Assembly: GCA_018985225.1 (NCBI GenBank)
Contig: JADGIF010000584.1
Span: 1 to 6,372, forward strand
DNA: 6,372 nucleotides
Direction: 5' to 3'
Source: Amoeboradix gromovi X-113
Lineage: Eukaryota; Fungi; Sanchytriomycota
In this document: positions 1-6,372 of the stretch, piece after piece
Position numbering within the stretch: position 1 is the stretch's first letter
How the letters are laid out: the number at the start of each line of letters is the position of its first letter
Position numbers and translations under genes: made by a program
Notes under the pieces: generated by a model
Told to the model about the DNA's origin: nothing
Database searches by the model: none
The model's input: only the letters and a program-made list of their open reading frames with translations

Positions 1-125
1 AGAGGAATACAATCAATGAAAGAAAATTGGTATAATAGAAGATCTTTTATTAATGATAGCATTATACCCTCTGTATGGTGCACCTTTAAAAACGAGTTAG
101 TCTAGTTTTTATATTTGGTGTCCCA
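1..125 (+). mobile_element. 3' (right) end of a mariner/Tc1-like element, truncated by the window edge
   Basis: TIR at 95-125 (reverse complement TGGGACACCAAATATAAAAACTAGACTAACT), followed by TA at 126-127. It matches 4898-4928 at 29/31 in inverted orientation, and homology with about 4929-5010 extends inward. Frame +1 reads RGIQSMKENWYN, resembling the mariner transposase C-terminal motif GIxxLxxRW. Confidence 0.75.
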
Positions 126-307
126 TATTATAAAGAGACATTTAGTATTGGGAAACTACACGGAGAATTCTCCTTATTGGATTAGCTCACTTTGTTGAAG
201 TGTCTCTGGTGTCTTAAAGGATATTTAAAATCTATCCATCTGACTTCTGAATGATTCGGACGCTGATTAGATATATTCGTAAAGTGAAATTGTTCAAGGG
301 TTAGAGG

Positions 308-2749
308 ATGACACAGTATTCACTTAAGAATGTATTGGGTATTCCATACACTAATGCTTCCATTCTGTACTCTGATAAAATCTACACAGCAGTGTTTAAT
401 CGAATATTAAAAACAGATCTTAAGCGGAACACCCAATCCAGTTTGCCATTCGAGTCGAAATCCAACATAATATTCCAATCTTTTTACCGCCAGTATTTAG
501 TTACGATTGATATTGAAGGTCAACTGCTACTGTCTTCCTTGAGTGGCGAAGTTATGGATCGCATGTCTTTAAAAGAGACAGCTACTGCGCTACACTGCAC
601 TAATGATTTCATAGTTGTAGGGTTGCAGCGTAGGGTTCAAATTTGGAGATATGATGAAAACGGAGAGTACTGGATGCAATTTATTATAGAAAGAGAACAC
701 ATGACTAGTAGCATTGTTACTTGTATTACCAATTTTGGTGATTACATCATAACTGGCCATGAAAATGGTGAAATTCGTTTTTATTCAAATGGTGTCAAAT
801 CTGGCTTTCCAATTGTTCTAAGTAAACACAGATGCAATGTCATTGGCCTGCATATAAGCAACTCCAATTTGTATTCCGTAACTAAAGATGGATCTGTGTT
901 TTACTGGAAAATTAATTTTGTTTCACAGGATCCACTTGATCAACAATCTGGACCCTCCTATTCGGTTGAACTAGTTGAAAAGTATTTTGTTAACAAACCG
1001 CAAACATCAACCCTCTGCAGCAGTATGCATGCCGATACTCTCGTCCTGGGTCATCACACAGGTTTATTTGATATTTTTGAAATGCCATCTTTTAATCATA
1101 TTCAAACATTGTCTCTGAAGCAGCGTATAGATAGCATTAAATTTGATCCTTCTGGTGAATTCATAGCCATTGGATCTAGGTACGGTCACTTGATCGTATG
1201 GGAATGGAAATCAGAATCGTTCCTTTACAAGCAAAGTGGCCATTTTCTTAATTGCGAAACTGTAGCTGTGAATGATCACTTCATAGCCAGTGGAGACAGC
1301 TACGGCGTCATCAAGCTATTTAACGCCTTTACTGGCAATTGCATAATTACATTTACTGAGCATAGGGCTGCTATAACTCAAATTATATTTAGTAAAAACA
1401 ATGTTTTATTGAGCAGCTCGTTGGACGGAACTGTCAAGGCATTCGATATCAAAAGGTATAAACATTTTAGAACAATGTCGGCCCCAAATCCTGTTGCATT
1501 CACCTGCATGGCAATTTGCGGTGATGTTGTTTGCGCAGGCACTCGCGATACATATGAAGTGTACGTATGGTTTTTAACCACAGGTGAGCTTTTAGACACT
1601 TTATCTGGTCACTCGGCCCCCATAAGCGATTTAAAGTTCATAAATAACACACTAATTACTGGTTCATGGGACAAAACTGTAAGATTGTGGAGTATTTTTG
1701 ATTCAAGTCAAAACGTCGAGGTCATAAATCAAAGCAGCGATGTATTGAGTATATCTGTCAATCCGGTTAGACAGGAATACGCAGTTGGATGTCTAGACGG
1801 TACCATTTCTATTTGGGATTTACAGGGAGTAAATACATCAATAATTCACGTCAGAAAGTCTTTGACTTCTGGTAGACATCAATCTCAGATAACGAAAGCA
1901 ATGAGTGACACCTATTGCTCTTCCATAACCTATTCGGCAGATGGTCAGAGTATACTTGGTGGAGGTGTTTCTAAATATATTTGTGTTTTCACTCCGCAAC
2001 AACTTGTTCAACGAATAGAAATTAGCCGCAACTTGTACTTGGATGGAACCAAGAGCGTATTGAATAGTAAAAAGATGACTAGTGTTGGAATAAGCAAGGA
2101 TTTGTTGAATGACAAGATAAAGAATGACAGTGAAGAAAATACTCGAAAAGATTATGCCCTCTCACTGCCGGGGATAATAACAAATCATGATCCAGGTAAG
2201 AGAGCAGTAAGACCAGGCATTCAGGTGCATGATATCAAACAGAGTGCAGACGGACTAAGTACAGTAGTAGCAACAACAGAAGGAGTATTTTTATACTCAA
2301 CACAGGACATTAAACTACCAATTCAGCTAGAAGTAGATACAACGCCAGCATCATGCAGATTAGCAATAAAGAATAAGCAGTATTTAAGAGCTTTAATGAC
2401 GAGTGTAAAGATTAATGATTTGGCCTTGTTCAAAGTTGTTATGGAAAGTACACCAACCCAGGTTTATGAGATGGTATGCAACGACATAGATAATGCATAC
2501 TATGCAGCTGTAATTAAGATGGTTAGTGAGTATTTGGAAAGCACGTCTCATTTTGAGATGACCATGGAGTTTGTTGTAGCTCTGTTGACTAGCATACATT
2601 TACAAGACAGCAAGTCTAGAGATATAAAAGTAGAATGCAAGGGTCTTAAAAGAGTGATAAATATGAGATACAAAGACTTGGAGAGAGTTGCAGTCAATAA
2701 CAAATATTTGTTAATGTTTGCGCAAAAGCAGGAAGAATTAAATGTATAA
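308..2749 (+). CDS. PWP2: Periodic tryptophan protein 2 (Pwp2/Utp1), WD40 beta-propeller subunit of the UTP-B complex of the SSU processome
   Basis: Uninterrupted 813-aa ORF from ATG308 to TAA2749. The N-terminus YSLKNVLGIPY...VFNRI..DL..N matches the Pwp2 start (FKFSNLLGTVY...VGNRV..FDL..N). LIVWEWKSESFLYKQSGHF matches the Pwp2 hallmark LLVxEWQSESYILKQQGH. Several WD repeats are present (FTEHRAAIT, SSSLDGTVKAFDIKRYKHFRT, LSGHSAPIS, TGSWDKTVRLW), plus a helical Utp12-like C-terminal region. Confidence 0.96.
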   Translation: MTQYSLKNVLGIPYTNASILYSDKIYTAVFNRILKTDLKRNTQSSLPFESKSNIIFQSFYRQYLVTIDIEGQLLLSSLSGEVMDRMSLKETATALHCTNDFIVVGLQRRVQIWRYDENGEYWMQFIIEREHMTSSIVTCITNFGDYIITGHENGEIRFYSNGVKSGFPIVLSKHRCNVIGLHISNSNLYSVTKDGSVFYWKINFVSQDPLDQQSGPSYSVELVEKYFVNKPQTSTLCSSMHADTLVLGHHTGLFDIFEMPSFNHIQTLSLKQRIDSIKFDPSGEFIAIGSRYGHLIVWEWKSESFLYKQSGHFLNCETVAVNDHFIASGDSYGVIKLFNAFTGNCIITFTEHRAAITQIIFSKNNVLLSSSLDGTVKAFDIKRYKHFRTMSAPNPVAFTCMAICGDVVCAGTRDTYEVYVWFLTTGELLDTLSGHSAPISDLKFINNTLITGSWDKTVRLWSIFDSSQNVEVINQSSDVLSISVNPVRQEYAVGCLDGTISIWDLQGVNTSIIHVRKSLTSGRHQSQITKAMSDTYCSSITYSADGQSILGGGVSKYICVFTPQQLVQRIEISRNLYLDGTKSVLNSKKMTSVGISKDLLNDKIKNDSEENTRKDYALSLPGIITNHDPGKRAVRPGIQVHDIKQSADGLSTVVATTEGVFLYSTQDIKLPIQLEVDTTPASCRLAIKNKQYLRALMTSVKINDLALFKVVMESTPTQVYEMVCNDIDNAYYAAVIKMVSEYLESTSHFEMTMEFVVALLTSIHLQDSKSRDIKVECKGLKRVINMRYKDLERVAVNNKYLLMFAQKQEELNV

Positions 2750-2800
2750 ATAAATATTTTAACTAATTTCATTCGTTGCTGATTTATCACAATAAATCAT

Positions 2801-4294
2801 TTATTTTGGGGGATGCATTAAATAAACACTGCCAGTTTTAGGATCTACAGGCGGAGACTTTGGATCCTTGGAATTCATTGGTTTTTTAGATTCATTTTTA
2901 TTCATATTCTTACTATCCATATCATCAGGATTTTCAGCTGTTGAAGTTTTTTCATGGGAGTTTGCGCATTGAGGACAGGAAGATTTTATCTGGTTACTAC
3001 AAGCTTTCAAGACTTTAGCTTTTTCAGCTTCTACATCACCCAGAGGAGCATATGGATTTTTAAGTCTGGCATCGACATTCGTCTTTTCCAAAGTTACAAC
3101 GGAAGAATACAGCTGATCAATACAAGGTCCAACAATATCAATGTAGGTCTTTTCGCTCTGCCGCAGGTTAGGACTACTTAACAACTGCATATTTCTTTGA
3201 GGCTTAAAATCGTCACCCGGTGTAGGTTTAAAGTAAATTTGCGGTAGATAAGCAATGTTTCTCGCTGCAGGGTAATAACCAATATTGTTTTCCTTGCCTT
3301 TTTGTTCCATCATGATGGTTACTGGATCTCCAAAGGCTGCTCTAATTTTCTTAGTAATTTGATCCGCTTCGTATTTCTGGTAGCATCTTATTGGAATTTC
3401 GGCAGTATCTCTTAACTCCTTTATAACTTTGCGGAACTGCTTTCTTATTTCTCTTTCCTTATTCTTGATTATTCCATTTTTGACAGAGAGTTGACCAACT
3501 TCACCAGGAAGCGTTAGCTTCCACATTTTGAGAGCACTAGGAGGGTATGATCGGGACTGTCCCCCGTACGGTTCAAAGTTCATTGACACATCTGTGTAAA
3601 CCTTGGCGTCATTGTACGGGATAACAGGCATCAAATTAGTTTTAACTTGTGTAGGACTGACAATAACTTCAGTAGCATTTTGACCTTTAGTCTGCTTTTT
3701 GTAATACAGCCTGTCAGTTTTGTACAATTTTGATTCATCTGGGCAGTCACTGTTGACCTCAGCAGTTACTGCTTCAACATCGCCCTCAAGTATAAAATCA
3801 GAACACGTAACATAATTGCGTGGCTCCCTGGTATAGAGGTGGAATTGCAAGAAGCATCCATCAGATTTTCCACACTTTGGGAAATCATGGGGGATAGTAA
3901 TGTTGGTTCCAGACCTACTAAATCCTGCTCCAGTCTTCGTTGGTGTGAGGGCTTGATGAACCTCATTTCCTCTGAATAGGTTGAGTTCCATATACGCAGC
4001 GTGCAAATTGTTGCCTTGAGTCTCCACCGTGACAACCTGTCCTCTCTTCCATACATGCGGATTGGTCATATTCGGTGCAGCACGGCAAGGCCATAGAGGT
4101 ACTGGATTTGGTCCATCAGTTCCATTCTCATAATCAAATCGCTGCTGCTGGTTTGTCAAGTTATTTTCTTGTTGTTTGTTCTTCTTTTGAACATTGTCTT
4201 TAAGTGCTTTGTACGGTCCGTTTGGATTTTTTCTACCGCAAGGCGTAGCCATAATATAGTCAGAATATATCAAAGTTAGGAAAAGTAGTAACAT
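2801..4294 (-). CDS. Secreted hypothetical protein, 497 aa: N-terminal LPMO-like (AA11/X325-type beta-sandwich) domain, unknown middle region, low-complexity K/N/S/P tail
   Basis: Long ORF with a short hydrophobic leader (MLLLFLTLIYS). It continues DYIMATPCGR, PLWPCR, WKRGQVVTVETQGNNLH and NITIPHDFPKC...CFLQF..Y...RNYVTCSDF, which follows the motif order of AA11-like LPMO domains (Hx2MxxP; FPC; WxxGxxxxxxxxGxxxH; IPxDxP; YxxC). Confidence in the CDS is high; the domain call is moderate. Confidence 0.85.
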   Translation of the reverse strand: MLLLFLTLIYSDYIMATPCGRKNPNGPYKALKDNVQKKNKQQENNLTNQQQRFDYENGTDGPNPVPLWPCRAAPNMTNPHVWKRGQVVTVETQGNNLHAAYMELNLFRGNEVHQALTPTKTGAGFSRSGTNITIPHDFPKCGKSDGCFLQFHLYTREPRNYVTCSDFILEGDVEAVTAEVNSDCPDESKLYKTDRLYYKKQTKGQNATEVIVSPTQVKTNLMPVIPYNDAKVYTDVSMNFEPYGGQSRSYPPSALKMWKLTLPGEVGQLSVKNGIIKNKEREIRKQFRKVIKELRDTAEIPIRCYQKYEADQITKKIRAAFGDPVTIMMEQKGKENNIGYYPAARNIAYLPQIYFKPTPGDDFKPQRNMQLLSSPNLRQSEKTYIDIVGPCIDQLYSSVVTLEKTNVDARLKNPYAPLGDVEAEKAKVLKACSNQIKSSCPQCANSHEKTSTAENPDDMDSKNMNKNESKKPMNSKDPKSPPVDPKTGSVYLMHPPK

Positions 4295-4605
4295 CCAGCT
4301 TGATCAAAGACGACTTGTTTTAAATTGAACCGCGCTGCTTGCACCCAATTAAAATTAACTCAAGATATGTATTGCCTGCAGACTATTTGGTATTAAATTT
4401 CATTGATAACAACAGCATTTGTTTGTATGTACTTGAAGAAATTTCTTTAAAAGGTTTTACTAGCTTAAACCAAGAGATTACGTATAAACACTTTTTTTAA
4501 TAAGGTTCCTTGAGATTTATAGTAAATTGATTTCATTGTTACTATTGTGCAAGAAAGACACAACTGAAGTATATAATCGATTTATCCTTGGTACACTCAT
4601 AATAA

Positions 4606-4860
4606 ATACGATTAATAGCAATATTACTCATTATCATTAATTCACCATGCCCAGTACAACAAAGGAACGAAGAAAAACTAGACCAAAACAGCCTTTGCAA
4701 AAGAGAAAAAATGAGGATAATGAAGCAATAGAAAAAAATTACAAGCATTAAGACAGAATATGAAAATGATTATCGGTCGAGGTATTGCAACTTATGCTCC
4801 AGCACTAATCAGCCTAGATATTTCGAAAGAGATGTACACAGTGCATTTCCATATTTATAA
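4606..4860 (+). pseudogene. Degenerate C-terminal fragment of a Fanzor1-like nuclease (Zn finger and RuvC-III)
   Basis: One frame reads IRLIAILLIIINSPCPVQQRNEEKLDQNSLCKREKMRIMKQ*KKITSIKTEYENDYRSRYCNLCSSTNQPRYFERDVHSAFPYL*, with one internal TAG at 4729-4731. RxxYCxxC...YFxRDVxSA fits the Fanzor1 terminal motif CxxC...xRDxxAAxN, and CPVQ may be the decayed first CPxC. Confidence 0.55.
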
Positions 4861-4897
4861 AGGATTTTGAATGTCATATCCTGATTATCTGATCTAT

Positions 4898-5188
4898 TGG
4901 GACACCAAATATAAAAACTAGACCAAGTCGTTTTTAAAAGAAGAGCTCCATAAGGAAGAAATACTATTATTAATAAAAGTCCTTTTTCTTTCATCAATGT
5001 CATTCATCTTTATAATATAACAAGATGACCCAGTATCACTTTCAAATATATAAGGTCTCTGAGTATCTAAGCAAAAGGTACAATCAGTCAGATTAATTTA
5101 ATTTAATTTACTATCGGTTAATACACACTTGAAATAATGATTCAAACTATTTCAGAAAGTTAGTCTAGTCTTTATATTTGATGTCCCG
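4898..5188 (-). mobile_element. 291-bp non-autonomous mariner-like deletion derivative (MITE) with 31-bp terminal inverted repeats
   Basis: TIRs at 4898-4928 (TGGGACACCAAATATAAAAACTAGACCAAGT) and 5158-5188 (reverse complement CGGGACATCAAATATAAAGACTAGACTAACT), 26/31 identical. Each end plus its subterminal sequence has a separate homologue in the window (1-125 and 6183 onward). The flanks are degenerate relative to TA (TAT on the left, CA on the right). Confidence 0.85.
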
Positions 5189-5208
5189 CATTTAGTTTAT
5201 TATTTGCA

Positions 5209-5475
5209 TCAAGAATGCCGCGAGTTAACAAACTTTTCTAGACACCAGTTAAAAATTGCAAGAAGCACAGCTGCACCTCCAAGAGCGATACCTGTAACGT
5301 AATAATTTTTCTGTTTTTCCAATGTTTGAAATCGTTGGTTTAAAGCCTATGCCACCTGTACAAACTCGCAGTTATTATGTTCTTTCGCATTCCATCGAGG
5401 TGAAGACGAGAGGGTGGCATTAGTTTCGTCCCAGACTAGGCGTTTAGGTGTTGTAAAGTTTCTTATGTAAATGAG
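5209..5475 (-). pseudogene. Class 3 lipase / alpha-beta hydrolase-like pseudogene fragment
   Basis: The frame reads LIYIRNFTTPKRLVWDETNATLSSSPRWNAKEHNNCEFVQVA*ALNQRFQTLEKQKNYYVTGIALGGAAVLLAIFNWCLEKFVNSRHS*. YYVTGIALGGAAVLLA (5304-5257) resembles the nucleophile elbow VTGHSLGGAxAxLA. There is an in-frame TAG at 5349-5347. Confidence 0.5.
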
Positions 5476-5609
5476 TTAATTCGTATGTCTAAAAATTGCA
5501 CTTCTTCAGAGGTCAGCACATTGTACACGTTTCTATTAAATGCTCTGTTGCATTCAACTGATGTCTCGCCTTTCTCCATACTACTAAGAGAGAATTTCTC
5601 AATTTTAAA

Positions 5610-5750
5610 CTGTTAGAAGTTACTCGTTAAAAGTCCAAATTTCCGAGAAAATCGAGAGTTTCCACAGAGAAACTAGCAATGCTAGATCTCCATTACAGTG
5701 ATTGCTCACCCTTTCACTACCCTGAGGCGGGATTGAATAAGGAGACAGAT
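5610..5750 (-). ncRNA. Candidate omegaRNA (reRNA) scaffold and right end of the Fanzor2/TnpB element
   Basis: Lies directly 3' of the ARNI motif, where TnpB/Fanzor omegaRNAs are encoded. Read on the - strand it has GGTGA-GCAA-TCACT, a GNRA tetraloop hairpin (5710-5697); GAGATCTAGC-ATT-GCTAGTTTCTC (5690-5667); and AGTTTC-TCTGTG-GAAACT (5674-5657). Boundaries are approximate. Confidence 0.55.
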
Positions 5751-5865
5751 ACTTGATGTATATGTTCCTTGCTACCACACTGTCTCTATCTATCTCCAAA
5801 TGACAATTGGTACAAGTATATTTTTCCAAATTGGGTTTCGTTCGAGTGTCGCACCTTGTATATGC
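5746..5865 (-). pseudogene. C-terminal relic of a TnpB/Fanzor (Fanzor2/IS607-type) RNA-guided nuclease: zinc finger and RuvC-III
   Basis: Extending the TTG-started 5620-5829 ORF upstream gives AYTRCDTRTKPNLEKYTCTNCHLEIDRDSVVARNIYIKYL. This matches the TnpB/Fz2 consensus EAYTSKTCxxCG...KxFxCxxCxxxIDRDxNGARNI with an apparent small deletion in the first CxxC. There is no ATG and no RuvC-I/II upstream. Confidence 0.85.
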
Positions 5866-6182
5866 ATAACAAGTGTTAAGGGATCGCGTTGTTGCACATG
5901 TGATAAGAACAATAGCATACGAATTATTAAATAAATAATTAACAGGTTTACTTATTATTGATCTCTTCTAAGGACGGGTTGAAAGACATCTAATTGTTCC
6001 ATGTTTGGGCCAATTCCTCAACGTGGATGAATGTATACTGTAATTATTAGTTATTTCTTTAGATTTGACATGTTCAAGACTAAATCTGTTGATTCCACTT
6101 ACCATTTGCGAAAATGAAGATATCAAAGTGTTCAAGTTGTTTGAAAAATCTAGAAAGTCACGAAATTATATAAAAATACATA

Positions 6183-6372
6183 CGGGACATCAAATGTAAA
6201 AACTGGACTAACTTTCTGTAACAACTTTGAAGATTATTTCAGCTTTATTACTTTATGGATTTAAGAGACGAGTGGACATTCAGCTAGTTGCGGAGTTGAC
6301 GAGTATAAAAGGAGAATAAATATTCTGTAAAGCTATTCTCTTACTCTTTCATCCAATCTTTATTTCAAATAA
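6183..6372 (+). mobile_element. 5' (left) end of a third copy of the same mariner-like family; internal extent uncertain
   Basis: TA at 6181-6182, then CGGGACATCAAATGTAAAAACTGGACTAACT (6183-6213), 28/31 identical to the reverse complement of 5158-5188. Subterminal similarity (TTCTG.AA.A..TTTGAA..ATTATTTCA) continues to about 6241. Beyond that the boundary is inferred. Confidence 0.75.

Noticed and set aside
285-294. TGAAATTGTT as an RRPE ribosome-biogenesis promoter motif
   Set aside because: Imperfect match in AT-rich DNA; the location is plausible but support is too weak.
1378-2790. Short - strand ORFs 1378-1599, 2393-2599 and 2548-2790
   Set aside because: Antisense shadows of PWP2 with no recognisable motifs.
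2954-4056. ORFs 2954-3181 (+) and 3766-4056 (-, alternative frame)
   Set aside because: Nested within the 497-aa CDS with no independent coding evidence.
4673-4686. AAAAACTAGACCAA, identical to part of the TIR at 4913-4926
   Set aside because: The match is A-rich, does not extend to the GGGAC terminus and cannot be distinguished from chance.
4542-5003. ORFs 4542-4748 and 4809-5003 (-) as genes
   Set aside because: The first is the hydrophobic antisense of an A-rich + strand relic; the second runs through the MITE TIR.
4729-5349. In-frame TAGs as evidence of a reassigned genetic code
   Set aside because: The two long genes have no internal TAA/TAG and both end in TAA, so the stops are more simply pseudogene decay.
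5620-5829. 69-aa ORF as a functional mini-nuclease
   Set aside because: It starts at TTG, has no ATG back to the stop at 5970-5968, lacks RuvC-I/II, and its last ~40 codons read through the candidate RNA scaffold.
95-6213. 31-bp repeats as a CRISPR array
   Set aside because: They are dispersed, in mixed orientation, lack regular spacers and have no cas genes; they are better explained as TIRs.
6255-6372. Possible transposase HTH fragment (RVDIQLVAELTSIK)
   Set aside because: Too short and interrupted by stops to support a call.

Overview
AT-rich, compact, apparently intron-free eukaryotic DNA, probably from an early-diverging fungus or protist (inference). The left two-thirds holds two convergent genes only 51 bp apart. 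One is the ribosome-biogenesis WD40 protein PWP2/UTP1 (308-2749, +). The other is a 497-aa secreted protein (2801-4294, -) whose N-terminal domain resembles an LPMO/AA11-type copper fold but has Asp where the catalytic His1 should be. The right third (about 4600-6372) is a cluster of mobile-element relics that the ORF track mostly misses. (i) An internally deleted TnpB/Fanzor2-like element on the - strand keeps the Zn-finger/RuvC-III end (CTNC..IDRDSVVARNI), followed by a hairpin-rich candidate omegaRNA scaffold. (ii) A second, different Fanzor1-like C-terminal relic lies on the + strand (RSRYCNLC..YFERDVHSA). (iii) There are three copies of a mariner-like element with 31-bp TIRs: a 3' end at 1-125, a two-ended 291-bp deletion derivative at 4898-5188, and a 5' end at 6183 onward. 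(iv) A lipase-3-like pseudogene fragment sits between them. All family assignments come from motif recognition by eye, not database searches.
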